NCBI GenBank assembly: GCA_965222505.1
Contig: OZ244956.1
Span: forward strand, 3,412,674-3,476,673
Direction of reading: 5' to 3'
DNA: 64,000 bases
DNA from: Rhodothermales bacterium
Lineage (GTDB): Bacteria > Bacteroidota > Rhodothermia > Rhodothermales > DATKEJ01
A model generated the notes under the pieces. The model was not told the DNA's origin and made no database searches. It saw only the letters and a program-made list of their open reading frames with translations. Shown in pieces: positions 9,037-19,600 of the stretch; position 1 is the stretch's first letter; the number at the start of each line of letters is the position of its first letter. The position numbers and the translations under genes were made by a program.

Positions 9037-9096
9037 ACGTATTGCGTATTGCGTAAAGAACACCGTCCTTACGCAATACGCAATACACAATACGTT
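9037..9096 (+). repeat. ACGCAAT-type heptamer hairpin (18-bp perfect stem) ending at ATG 9097
   Basis: 9039-9056 GTATTGCGTATTGCGTAA pairs perfectly with 9069-9086 TTACGCAATACGCAATAC. The loop is 12 nt. The array continues acacaatacgtt up to the ATG. Confidence 0.9.
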
Positions 9097-9795
9097 ATGA
9101 TCCACATCACGCGGACCCATCATCTGTCGCCGGAGGCGGCACGGCAGCGCGTTCAGGTCATGGCACAAACCCTGGCCGAAGAGATGCGCCTGACTTACCA
9201 TTGGGAAGGGGACCGGCTGTTGTTCAAACGCTGGGGGGCCAAAGGATCGATTGATCTCCACCCCGGCATCGTAGATGTACACGTCAAAACCAGTCCGTTT
9301 TTGCCGATTTCGGAAGCGGGTCTCCGCCGGGAGATCGAGCGCCGTATTGACGAAGCCTTGCTTGAATCGGAGAAAAAACCCCTCGAACCTGAGGCAGCAC
9401 CTAAAGCCAAGCCCGAAGGAGGAGAAGCCTCGCCATTGGCCGGGTTACTTGGACAAGCCATCAGCCTCACCGGCCAGGTGGTCAACCTGGGGGCCCAGAC
9501 CTTGACCTCGGCGGGTATGCTGCCCTCGTTTGAATCATTTGTTGAGGCCGGGTCGCATTTGCGGGCGGCGCGTCAACATGCGGGCCTTTCGCTTCAGGAA
9601 TTGAGCAAGGCCCTGGATGTGCAGGTCCCGTTCATGGAAGCCGTCGAAAACGGCACTGCCCACCTCACCGCCGAACTTATCACGCGCATCTCCGACCTGC
9701 TCGCCCAAAACGATTCTGCTCAACTGGCCCAACGCCTGGCAGAGGTGTACCAATCCGGTCACACCAAGCCCCCCCCCGAATCCCTTCCACCCTAA
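9097..9795 (+). CDS. Putative polyhydroxyalkanoic acid system protein (PHA_gran_rgn-like) fused to a C-terminal XRE-type HTH
   Basis: MIHITRTHHLSPEAARQRVQVMAQTLAEEMRLTYHWEGDRLLFKRWGAKGSIDL fits the TIGR02610-type pattern. The C-terminus LRAARQHAGLSLQELSKALDV is HTH-like. ATG 9097 follows a hairpin. Confidence 0.55.
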   Translation: MIHITRTHHLSPEAARQRVQVMAQTLAEEMRLTYHWEGDRLLFKRWGAKGSIDLHPGIVDVHVKTSPFLPISEAGLRREIERRIDEALLESEKKPLEPEAAPKAKPEGGEASPLAGLLGQAISLTGQVVNLGAQTLTSAGMLPSFESFVEAGSHLRAARQHAGLSLQELSKALDVQVPFMEAVENGTAHLTAELITRISDLLAQNDSAQLAQRLAEVYQSGHTKPPPESLPP

Positions 9796-9803
9796 GCCTC
9801 ACC

Positions 9804-12800
9804 ATGCGTACAACAACCGTGGCCTGCCTCACAGGTCTTCTCCTCTTGTCTTTTGGCTGTGGCCCCCGGCCCACGTCACAGGACGCTGATGCCCCAGGTA
9901 CCCCCTTACAGATTCGGCAGGACGAAGCCAGCCTCTCCGTCTTCCGCACCGGTACGGACACACCCCTTCTGACGCAACAGGCCCAGGCCGATTTCCGGCC
10001 CTATCTGCACCCCATCGCCACACCAGATGGGCGGGGTGTATTCACCGAGTTTAGTCCGGGCCACCACAAACATCAAACCGGCCTGTACTGGGGCTTTACC
10101 CAGGTCAATGGGCGTGACTATTTTCATCACCCCGAAGGCGATTACTGGAAACGCGTAGCGCTGGAAGTCCTGGAAGCCGAAGGCCCCAGGGTGTCCTGGC
10201 AGACGGTCTATCATTTGCTCGATGAAGGCGGTGCGCCGGTCCTGGAAGAAACCCAAAAATGGGCCATGCAGGCCCACCATGACCGGTTCATCCTGGACCT
10301 GGAATGGCGGGGCACCGCCCAAACGGACGTCACCATCGGCGAATATGACTACGGCGGGTTGTTTTTGCGGATGCCCTGGCGCGAAGGCATGCCGGGTGAA
10401 GTGGTCAATGCCGCACGGCAGCGTAACGCGGCGGCCGAAGGCCGGCGGGCGATGTGGCTGGACGTCGGGTTGCAGGTGGAAGGGCGGGACGATTGGGCCC
10501 ATGTGGCCTTCTTTGACCACCCAGACAACAAAGGCTTTCCACAACCCTGGCGGGTGGACGACCAGATGGGCGTCGGCTCCGTGCGGGCGCGGTTGGGGGA
10601 TTGGACCATCGCACAAGGCGAAACGGAAATCATCCGCCATCAACTGGTGCTCTATACCGGCGAACTCAACGACGTCACGCTTCGCGAAGCCTGGGAACAG
10701 TTCAGCGGCAAAGACGCGATGTATAGCACGTCTTCCCTCTGGGACCTGGCCCAGCAAGAAGCCAGGGTGGCCGAGTTTCTGACCCCCGAGATGGCCGTCG
10801 CCGAGATGACCTTGCTCAATGGTTTTCAGGTCAACGCCTGGGCCGCCGAGCCGATGATCACGCAACCCATGGCCTTTGCCTGGGACGACCGTGGCCGGAT
10901 GTGGGTGGCCGAAAACCGGGATTATGAATCGCGCAGCGATGGGTTCTCCAACGGCGGAGACAGCCGTATCCTGATCCTCGAAGACACAGACCGGGACGGC
11001 GTGGCGGACAGTCGGAAGGTATTCCTGGAAGGTATCCCCTTCCCCTCGGCCATTGCCGTCGGCTTCGACGGGTTGTTCCTGGGAGCCCCCCCGCATTTGC
11101 TGTTCGTCCCCGACCGCGACGGTGACGACCGGGCAGATCTGGCCGACATTGAAATCCGCCTGACCGGCTGGGGCATTCGGGACCGGCACGAAACCATCAA
11201 CAGTTTCCATTGGGGGCCGGACGGCTGGCTGTACGGCCTGGAAGGGTTTGCCACGCCCTCAAAAATCCGCAAGCCGGACCATACCGCCCGGTTGTACAAG
11301 TTTAAAGACCCGTTCCCCAAAGACCTCCTGGACGCGGAAGGGGTAGACATTGACGGTGGGGTATGGCGGTACCATCCCGTCAAAGATCAATTTGAGGTGG
11401 TCGCCCACGGGTTCAGCAATCCGTGGGGCATCGACTATGATGCCAAAGGGCAGTTGTTTATCAGTGCCTGTGTCATTCCGCACCTGTTCCACGTCATTCC
11501 GGGCGGCATTTACCAGCGGCAGGGCGGACGCCATTTTAACCCGTACCTCTACAGCGACATCGGCACCATTGTGGACCATCGGCACCGCTCGGCACATGGT
11601 GGGGCGCGGGTGTACCAGTCCGATGCGTTTCCCCAGGCTCATCAGGGCCGGTTGTTTATGGCGAATATCCACGAACATGCCGTCTTGTCCGATGTGCTCG
11701 AACCCCAGGGGTCCGGCTTTGTGGCCCGGCACGGCGACGATTTTTTGATGGCCAACAATGCCCAGTGGGTCGGGTTTAGCATGGAGGTGGGGCCGGAGGG
11801 GGCCGTGTACGTTCTGGATTGGCACGATGCCGATATCTGTGGCAAGGAGGTGCTCGACAAAGACACCGGGCGCATCTTCCGTATCACCCCGGAAACCTCC
11901 CTCGCCGAGGATTTCCCCGGCCGCTATGCCGACCTCGGGGCCATGCCGGATGTGCAACTGGCCACCTTCCAACAAAGCAAGAGCGATTGGCATGCCCGAA
12001 GGGCACGGGTCATCCTGCAACACCGTGCCACACAGCGGCCCATCGACGCGGCAGCAGCAGCGCAACTTCGTGAACAGTTTGAAGGAGCCGGCACCGTGGA
12101 CCTGCGGCTGCGGGCCATGTGGAGCCTTCATGTGATCGGTTTGATGACCGACGCACAATTGAAGACGGCCTTGCAAGACGACGACGCATACATTCGTGCG
12201 TGGGCGGTACAGTTGCTTTCCGAAGACCAAAACCCTTCCCCCGAAACGGTAGCCCAATTTGAGCAGATGGCCCAATCGGATGCCTCGCCCGTGGTGCGCA
12301 AATACCTGGCCGCTGCACTTCAACGCATTCCAGCCGAGGCACGGTGGGGCATTGTGCAGGGCTTGATCGGGCATGCCGAGGATGCTTCGGACCACAACAT
12401 CCCCAAGATGACCTGGTTCGGCATGGAGTCTTTGGTGGCCGCAGACCCGGAACGGGCCATTGCCCTGGCCGAGCACAGCCGCATGCCGATGATCACCCGG
12501 TACATTGCGCGCCGGGCATTGGACGCGGATGCCGTGGACCCCTTGCTGGCCGGCATCGAAGCCCAGCCGAAGGCGCAGGTTCTCTTGCTCGAAGGCCTGT
12601 TGGCCGGGTTGGAAGGCCGTGGCGACCTCGAAACCCCGGCCCGCTGGGCCGCCCTCTATCCCAAATTGCAAGCCAATAAAGAAACGGCCGCCCTTGCGCT
12701 GGATGTGGCCCAACAATTTGGAGATACCGAAGCTGCTTTACAGCTATTGACCACCTTGAAGGACCCCGGTGCCGACCTGGATGCCCGGCGGAATGCCGTC

Positions 12801-13625
12801 AACCGGCTCGCCGCCCGGCAACAAGCCGAACTGGCCGCCGAACTCCCCGGCTTACTGGATACACCCGGTCTGGAGATTCCCGCCATTCGGGCGGTTGCAG
12901 CCTTCATCGAAGAAGACCTGGGTCAGCTATTGCTAGACCGGTATGATGGGTTCACCCCGGCACAGAAAACCGAGGCCGTACAAGCCCTGGCTTCCCGGCC
13001 AAACTATGGCTGGATGCTGACAGAGGCGCTGAAAACCGAACGTATTCCGCGGCGAGACGTCCCGGCGTATGTGGCCCGGCAGTTGCGGCGGGTGGTGGGC
13101 AACGGGTTTGTGGAGGTATGGGGGCCGATTGATCAACTGGAATCGGGCAACGATGCGGACTACGTCAAATACCGCGCTCTCCTGACCGATGCCGCTGTTG
13201 ACGAAGCCGACCCGGGCAAGGGTCGGGACGTGTTCACACGGACTTGCGCGGCGTGCCACACCCTGTATGGCGAAGGCGGCACGCTGGGGCCGGACATCAC
13301 CGGTTCCAACCGGGCCAACCTGGACTATCTCCTCAGCAACATCCTCAGTCCCAACGAAGTGATTCAGGACGATTATCGGATGGTGGCCCTCACCACCCAC
13401 GACGGGCGCACCTACCTCGGTAACATCGCCTCGGAAACCGATCGGCAGGTGACGCTTCGGGTGGTGGGTGCAGAGGCCGTGGTCATCAATACCGCAGACC
13501 TCCAATCCCGCGAGACCACCACGGTATCCATGATGCCTGCGGGCCTGCTGAATACCTTGACGGATACCGAAGTCCTGGACCTGATCGCCTACCTCAGAAC
13601 CACCCAACAGGTGCCGCTTCCTTAA
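9804..13625 (+). CDS. Lipoprotein: PmoA-like DUF6807 domain + PVC-type membrane-bound-dehydrogenase/beta-propeller + HEAT repeats + C-terminal cytochrome c (CxxCH)
   Basis: Lipobox LLSFGC. N-terminal ~300 aa (FRPYLHPI..., HHKHQTGLYWGF, YDYGGLFLRMPW). Middle region ITQPMAFAWDDRGRMWVAENRDY, FSNPWGIDYD. C-terminus GRDVFTRTCAACHTLYGEGGTLGPDITGSN. Confidence 0.8.
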   Translation: MRTTTVACLTGLLLLSFGCGPRPTSQDADAPGTPLQIRQDEASLSVFRTGTDTPLLTQQAQADFRPYLHPIATPDGRGVFTEFSPGHHKHQTGLYWGFTQVNGRDYFHHPEGDYWKRVALEVLEAEGPRVSWQTVYHLLDEGGAPVLEETQKWAMQAHHDRFILDLEWRGTAQTDVTIGEYDYGGLFLRMPWREGMPGEVVNAARQRNAAAEGRRAMWLDVGLQVEGRDDWAHVAFFDHPDNKGFPQPWRVDDQMGVGSVRARLGDWTIAQGETEIIRHQLVLYTGELNDVTLREAWEQFSGKDAMYSTSSLWDLAQQEARVAEFLTPEMAVAEMTLLNGFQVNAWAAEPMITQPMAFAWDDRGRMWVAENRDYESRSDGFSNGGDSRILILEDTDRDGVADSRKVFLEGIPFPSAIAVGFDGLFLGAPPHLLFVPDRDGDDRADLADIEIRLTGWGIRDRHETINSFHWGPDGWLYGLEGFATPSKIRKPDHTARLYKFKDPFPKDLLDAEGVDIDGGVWRYHPVKDQFEVVAHGFSNPWGIDYDAKGQLFISACVIPHLFHVIPGGIYQRQGGRHFNPYLYSDIGTIVDHRHRSAHGGARVYQSDAFPQAHQGRLFMANIHEHAVLSDVLEPQGSGFVARHGDDFLMANNAQWVGFSMEVGPEGAVYVLDWHDADICGKEVLDKDTGRIFRITPETSLAEDFPGRYADLGAMPDVQLATFQQSKSDWHARRARVILQHRATQRPIDAAAAAQLREQFEGAGTVDLRLRAMWSLHVIGLMTDAQLKTALQDDDAYIRAWAVQLLSEDQNPSPETVAQFEQMAQSDASPVVRKYLAAALQRIPAEARWGIVQGLIGHAEDASDHNIPKMTWFGMESLVAADPERAIALAEHSRMPMITRYIARRALDADAVDPLLAGIEAQPKAQVLLLEGLLAGLEGRGDLETPARWAALYPKLQANKETAALALDVAQQFGDTEAALQLLTTLKDPGADLDARRNAVNRLAARQQAELAAELPGLLDTPGLEIPAIRAVAAFIEEDLGQLLLDRYDGFTPAQKTEAVQALASRPNYGWMLTEALKTERIPRRDVPAYVARQLRRVVGNGFVEVWGPIDQLESGNDADYVKYRALLTDAAVDEADPGKGRDVFTRTCAACHTLYGEGGTLGPDITGSNRANLDYLLSNILSPNEVIQDDYRMVALTTHDGRTYLGNIASETDRQVTLRVVGAEAVVINTADLQSRETTTVSMMPAGLLNTLTDTEVLDLIAYLRTTQQVPLP

Positions 13626-14530
13626 TCAAAAAACGGGAACAGTCTTTTCAGCATTTCCCGGTCCGGCTGGCTACCGTATTCGGAGACCTCGAAGGCTTCG
13701 GCATATTCGACCGTTTGGCCGCGCGTCTCGCCATAGAGTTCGATGAGTAAATCCCGGTATTGATCGGCAACGCCCCGGTCTCGGGCTTGAAAGCGGCTGG
13801 CAATGTAGGCTTTTCGGCCCGCTTCGTCTTCGGGGACTTCGTGATCGTAGCCATCCAGCCAGGCGTTCCACTCGGAAAATTGCGAGCGCATGGCAGCCAT
13901 GCAGGCCCATTTTTGGTCTCCAGCAGGGCCGATGTCTACGGCGAGGTCGGGTTCAAAGGGGTAGGGTTTCTGGAACCGGTCGGCGTAGTAGAGGAAGATC
14001 GGATTTTTGGGAATGCGGGGCGTGTTGGGCGTGAAGTAGGGTACCGTGACCATAAAGGCGGCGTCCTGGACGAGGATGGCGGTGTAGCGGTGGTCCGGGT
14101 GGTAATCATTGGTGCGGGGGGTGAGCACGATATCGGCCTGCCACTCCCGGATGAGCCGAGCGATGGTTTTGCGGTTTTCGAGGGTGGGCATGAGTTCGCC
14201 ATCGTGGTTGTCCAGCACGACGGATTCCGCAATGCCCAACAGCTGGCCGCAGGCCTCGGCTTCGCCTGTGCGCCGTTGGGCCAGAACCCCACCGGCCATT
14301 TCGTAGTGGCCGATGTCCCCGTTGGTGACCGAGACAAATTTGACCTGATGGCCCATTTTGGCCCACATCGCGGCTACGCCGGAGGCTTTGATTTCACAGT
14401 CGTCCGGGTGGGCACCAAAGGCAATGATGCGCAGGGGCCGGTCGGCATCCTGGGCTGGGGCGGGGCGGAAACTGCCGGCCATGAGGAGTAGGCACAGGCC
14501 GGTGGTGAGAAAGGCGTGGTGGTGGTTCAT
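13622..14530 (-). CDS. PIG-L (LmbE-like) family deacetylase, secreted
   Basis: RIIAFGAHPDDCEIKASGVAAMWAKMGHQVKFVSVTNGDIGH with an N-terminal signal peptide. Its stop codon overlaps the stop of the convergent CDS. Confidence 0.8.
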   Translation of the reverse strand: MNHHHAFLTTGLCLLLMAGSFRPAPAQDADRPLRIIAFGAHPDDCEIKASGVAAMWAKMGHQVKFVSVTNGDIGHYEMAGGVLAQRRTGEAEACGQLLGIAESVVLDNHDGELMPTLENRKTIARLIREWQADIVLTPRTNDYHPDHRYTAILVQDAAFMVTVPYFTPNTPRIPKNPIFLYYADRFQKPYPFEPDLAVDIGPAGDQKWACMAAMRSQFSEWNAWLDGYDHEVPEDEAGRKAYIASRFQARDRGVADQYRDLLIELYGETRGQTVEYAEAFEVSEYGSQPDREMLKRLFPFFD

Positions 14531-14623
14531 AGGGCATACCGGTTAGGGTGGTGAGGATCATGCATTCTAACGAAGCCCATGAATAAGTGCAATGGGACCC
14601 TATAGGTTTCGTATTTTAGCCAC

Positions 14624-15094
14624 ATGTACGTCCCACTTGGCATATCCTTTTTGGTGCTGTTGGTCTGGCCGGTTCAGGCACAAAACGTGTTCGCGTCCGG
14701 CGGTTTAATTTTTAGCAGTTCAATTGATGATGATTACATTGCCACCCGGCATTTTGGTGTTGGGTTTCAAGTGCACCCTCGAACGGAGATCGGCCTCGGG
14801 TACCAGTGGATCAAATACGATGGGCAGAGCTGGGTGTATCCGTATATCCGGCAGGCGATAGTGGGGCATGGCAAGGTGCGGGTGCATGTACGAACAGGCT
14901 TGCTCTATTATGCCGTGCACACGCCTCGTTATTCTCTGTTTGAAAATCGGCTTGATCTTGTGGTCTGGGCGGCTCCTGGCCTCGGTATTCATGTCGATTG
15001 GTTGATGTTATTCACAGAACTGCGGGCTGTTCATTTTCTGGGTAACAATGTCAATTGGTCTGGCCTTGAATTTGGGCTACAGATCCAGCTTTGA
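14624..15094 (+). CDS. Hypothetical secreted protein, possibly a small OM beta-barrel
   Basis: Signal peptide MYVPLGISFLVLLVWPVQAQ. Alternating aromatic/Gly-rich strands. No recognised family. Confidence 0.4.
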   Translation: MYVPLGISFLVLLVWPVQAQNVFASGGLIFSSSIDDDYIATRHFGVGFQVHPRTEIGLGYQWIKYDGQSWVYPYIRQAIVGHGKVRVHVRTGLLYYAVHTPRYSLFENRLDLVVWAAPGLGIHVDWLMLFTELRAVHFLGNNVNWSGLEFGLQIQL

Positions 15095-15269
15095 TAGGCA
15101 GGTGTCCGGTGACTTGAACCGTACAGCTGATGGAGGAATATGCGCGGTGGGTGCTATATGCAGCGGGGGCGCAAAAACACATTCAGGCTATTGCCGGCCC
15201 AAAGAAGAAGTGCTAAAAAATTAGCATTAGTCGATAAAAGGTCTTAATTTCTTTGTGCAGCAACACCAA

Positions 15270-16637
15270 ATGATGAGATCCATGCGCATATTCATTGTGG
15301 TCCTGGCCTTCACGCTTGCTCAAAATGCTTTTGCTCGCCAGGCGGCTGAACCCGTCGCCTATGAACTTGACGTGACGTTCTTTCCTGAGGAAAGTCGGAT
15401 GCAGGGCCGAGCAACGGTTACGTTTGATGCCGTAGCCGAGGATGAACGCACCTTCTACCTGCACGGCGAACTCCGGGTTGACTCGCTCTCGACAGGTGCG
15501 TTTGGGCAGCGCAAAGTGCGCTATGACTACAGCTACTCGATGCTTGCTACCCAGGTCACGGTCACGGGCCACACCAGCCCAACGTTGACTGTGTACTACA
15601 GTGGCTACTTTCACCCTTCGAAAGCCCGCAGTGCCTCAGACTACATGCACATCGGCTCCAGGGGCGTATTCCTTCGTTCCTACGGCTACTCGCTCTGGTT
15701 TCCGGTCTTCTTGGAGGACCATGATGATGCGCCCAGGGTAACGTTTACCCATGTCACGCTGCGCACGCCGCAGGACTTTACCACAGTCTTCGTAGGCGAG
15801 CGCCTCAGCGATACCGTCCAGGATGGCATGCGGGTATCCGAGTGGCGAGCTGAGGATGTCTCACTCTTTGACGCCCAGTGCACGGCCAGTCGGTTCACGG
15901 TCGTTCAGCAGGGCAGCTACTTCATCTATGCGTTGCCGGACGGCCTTGAAGCCGCGCCCAAGGTGGCCCGTTTTGCCGAGCATTTGATTGAGCTTATGCG
16001 CACATACTACCGTAGCAATGTGGTTTCCGGACAGGTACACATCGCCGAGATGCCCCGCTACGGTGACATTTCCAGCGGCAACGTCGTGGGTCTCTCTGCT
16101 CAGACGTGGCATGAATTTGAAGCGTCAGAATATGCCCAGCGCACCCTGGCACATGAATTCGTTCACCCCTTTGTTTCTGTTGCGACTGCCCCAGGTGACC
16201 CGATCCGGGCGCTGGTCATTGAGGGGTTCCCAAGCTACTTTCACCTTCCTGTGATGGCCGAGGTTTTGGGCGAGGCCTACTATGAGGCATACCTGAACCG
16301 GGTACAACGTATCTACCAAGAGAAAAGGGCAACAGGGAAGGGGAGGAGGGGAGGTACGTTGCCTCCAGAGAAACCCCTAACCTCGCTCACCGACGGAGAT
16401 ATTGGTGTCTACAAAGACCGGTTCGTACTCAGTGATCGCGCCCTTCTCTTCTTTGATTACTTACGCCGAGGCATGGGCCGAGAAGCGTTTTTCCGGTTTG
16501 CACAGGAGCTGTTTAGCCTCCAGCGGTTAGACATGGCCTTGTTTGAACGTGTGGTGTTGGCGCATCTACCGAAGACCTCCGAGGACATACGGGTCTGGCT
16601 TGAGACGAGTGAATATCCTGAACGCTTCAAAAGATAA
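15270..16637 (+). CDS. M1-family (gluzincin) metallopeptidase-like secreted protein
   Basis: HEFVH followed after exactly 18 residues by E (ALVIEGFPSYF) gives the HExxH-x18-E signature. Signal peptide MMRSMRIFIVVLAFTLAQNAFA. The ORF track starts at GTG 15255. Confidence 0.65.
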   Translation: MMRSMRIFIVVLAFTLAQNAFARQAAEPVAYELDVTFFPEESRMQGRATVTFDAVAEDERTFYLHGELRVDSLSTGAFGQRKVRYDYSYSMLATQVTVTGHTSPTLTVYYSGYFHPSKARSASDYMHIGSRGVFLRSYGYSLWFPVFLEDHDDAPRVTFTHVTLRTPQDFTTVFVGERLSDTVQDGMRVSEWRAEDVSLFDAQCTASRFTVVQQGSYFIYALPDGLEAAPKVARFAEHLIELMRTYYRSNVVSGQVHIAEMPRYGDISSGNVVGLSAQTWHEFEASEYAQRTLAHEFVHPFVSVATAPGDPIRALVIEGFPSYFHLPVMAEVLGEAYYEAYLNRVQRIYQEKRATGKGRRGGTLPPEKPLTSLTDGDIGVYKDRFVLSDRALLFFDYLRRGMGREAFFRFAQELFSLQRLDMALFERVVLAHLPKTSEDIRVWLETSEYPERFKR

Positions 16638-16638
16638 A

Positions 16639-19600
16639 TCATAGACGCTCCTCCCAAGACCAGCCGAGGGTTTCGGCCTGTTGGATCACTTTTTGGACGG
16701 CTTCTTCTTGTTGGTCAGGGGGATAGCCGTGGCGGCGGAGCAGGCGCTTGACCCGTGCCCGCATTTTGGCGCGGACGGCTTCCTTTTCGGACCAATCAAT
16801 GGAAACGGAGTTACGTACGGTTTTAACCAGGTCCGCTGCAATGGCGCCGAGGACATCATCATTCATCACCTCTTGCACGCCCTCCTGGGCCACAAGGGCA
16901 TCGTAGAAGGCCAGTTCATCGTCGGTCAAACCCAACTGTTGTCCCCGGCCTTTGGCCGCCTGCATCTCTTGGGCCATTTCGATCAGGGTGGCAATGATTT
17001 CGGCGGCTTCAAGGGTTCGGTTCTGGTATTTGCGAATGGTTTCCTGGAGCATGTCTGAAAACCGTGCGGCCTGCACCACATTTCTGCGCCGTTGCGTTTG
17101 AATCTCATCTTCGAGCAAACGCCGCAGTAACTCGACCTGTAGATTTTTATGCGGATGGGTGCGTACGGTTTGCAGGAACGCATCGGAGAGTATCGACAGG
17201 TCCGGCTTATCGATGCCGGCGGTGGCAAATACGTCGATCACGCCATCGGTGATCACGGCCCCGGAGACGAGTTGCTTGATCGCCAGGCCCAGGGCTTCCT
17301 GGTTGGTTCGTTTGGAACCGGGGCTGGGCTTGCGCAGGCTCTTTTGGATTTGCTGGAAAAAGCCGATCTCGTCCAGGTAACTTCGTGCCCCCTCCAGATG
17401 GACCGCGAGGGCGGCGGCTTTATTGAGGCGGGTCATGGCCTCTTTGAAACGCTGCTCGCCCGGTGTGTCGCCCACCGGATCCAGGCCGAGCACGTGGTCC
17501 ATCGCCGCCTGTAAAACCTCCAACCGGTCTGCGTTTCCGCCGGTGAAGTAGCGGCTGTAGTCGAACCCGAAGAACAGGTCCCGCACGATGCCCAACTCGG
17601 TGCGGAGCACGGCCAGGGCTTCTTCGGTCGGGAGGGCGGCGCGTTCCCGTTTGCCGCCGTAGACCTCGACCGCTTCGCGCAGGTGCTGGGCCACGCCGAG
17701 GTAATCCACCACCAGGCCGCCCGGCTTGTCTTTGTAGATGCGGTTGACGCGGGCGATGGCCTGCATCAGCGAATGGCCCTTCATGGGCTTGTCCAGGTAG
17801 AGCGTGTGGGCGCTCGGCACGTCGAAGCCGGTCAGCCACATGTCCCGCACGATCACCATGCGAAGGGGGTCCCGTCCGTCGGCCTCGGCTTCTTCGATGG
17901 GTTCCTTGAACCGCTTTTCGATCAGTTTCCGGCGCGGTTTGTTGCGGACGTGCGGGATAAAATCCGGCGGGTCGCTCGCGGAGCCGGTCATGACGATCTT
18001 GATCTGCCCGGCCTCGTCTTGGTCGGCGTGCCATTCGGGCCGGCGGCGGATGAGCTCCCGGTAGAGGTCTACGCAGATGCGCCGGCTCATGCACACGATC
18101 ATGGCCTTACCCTCCAGGATTTCCGTGCGCCGGTCGTAGTGGTCCAGGAGGTCTTGGGCCACCAGCTTCAGGCGCTTTTTGAGGCCGACGATGGCTTCGA
18201 TCCGCTTCCAGGAGCTTTGCAGCTTCACCACTTCTGCAGCCTCTTCATCCTCGGTCACTTCCTCAAAGGCTTCGTCAAGCACCGGCAGCCGGGCCTCGGG
18301 CAAATCGACGGCGGCCAAGCGGCTTTCGTAGTAAATGGGCACCGTGGCCCCGTCTTCGATGGACTCGCTGATGGTGTAGGTGTCGATGTAGTCCCCGAAC
18401 ACCTCCGGCGTGGACCGGTCCTCAAACTCAATGGGCGTGCCGGTAAAGCCGATGTAGGTGGCCTTCGGTAGGGCATCTCTCAGGTTACGGGCGAAGCCGT
18501 CGATAAATTCGTACTGGCTGCGGTGGGCTTCATCCACAATCACCACCACATTGCGCCGTTCGGTCAGCGTGGGCATGCGCTCCCCCTTTCGGGTGCCGAA
18601 TTTCTGAATGGTGGTAAACACGATCCCGCCGCTGGCCACCTGGAGCAGGTCGCGCAGGTGGTCCCGGCTTTCGGCCTGGGTGGGTTGGGGGAGGTGGTCT
18701 CGGGCGGTGGTAAACTGGCCGAACAACTGCCCGTCGAGGTCGTTGCGGTCGGTCAGGATTACCAGGGTCGGGTTCGCCAGGGCCGGGTGCTGGATGAGCT
18801 TGCCGGCGAAAAAGACCATCGACACGCTCTTGCCGGACCCCTGGGTGTGCCACACCACCCCGGCCCGCCCGTCGCCGCCCTGCTTGGTAGCCGCAACAGT
18901 GGCTTCGACCGATTTGTTGACGGCGTAATACTGATGGTAGCCGGCCACTTTTTTGATGAACCGGCCCGTATCGGCATCTTGCACCCAGAAACCGAAGTAG
19001 CGCAGGTAGTCCAGAAACCGGCCCCGGTCGAACAACCCTTCGAGCAGGGTCCGCAGGGGCGGGGCATGTTCGGGGACAGGGGTGGTGCCATCGACGGTGC
19101 GCCACGGGCCAAACCGTTCCAGCGGCGCAGTGAGGCTACCCATCTGGGCCTCGGTGCCGTCCGAGATGACCAGCACGCCGTTGGTATAAAAGAGCTGGGG
19201 GATTTGCCGCTTGTAGGTTTGCAACTGGTTCCACGCACCGTCCAGGGTGGCCTGGGGATCGGTGGGGTTTTTGAGTTCGAAGACGGCCACCGGCAAGCCG
19301 TTGAGGTAGACGATCAGGTCCGGGCGGCGTGCGTTGCGGTGGGTCTGGAAGCCGACGATGGTCAGTTGGTTGACCACCAGCCAGTCGTTGTTGTCCGGAC
19401 GCTCAAAGTCGATCAGCCACGCCAGATCCCCCCGGTTGCGGCCTTTGGCATCGCGCCATTCCACCTCGATGCCCCGGGTGAGCATGCGGTGAAAGACCAC
19501 GTTGTTTTCTTCGAGCGAGGGGCTGTTGAGGTGTAGCACGGCTCGTGCCGCCGCGTCCAGCGCTGCCGCCGATAGGCCGGGGTTGATCCGGCCCAACGCC

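Noticed and set aside
15095-15140. tRNA-like T-arm string (reverse complement GGTTCAAGTCACCGGACACCTGCC) that might mark the far att site of the tRNA-linked island.
   Set aside because: I could not build a 5-bp T-stem or a matching acceptor stem. There is no similarity to the tRNA-Ala 3' end at 23790-23815. I treat it as chance.
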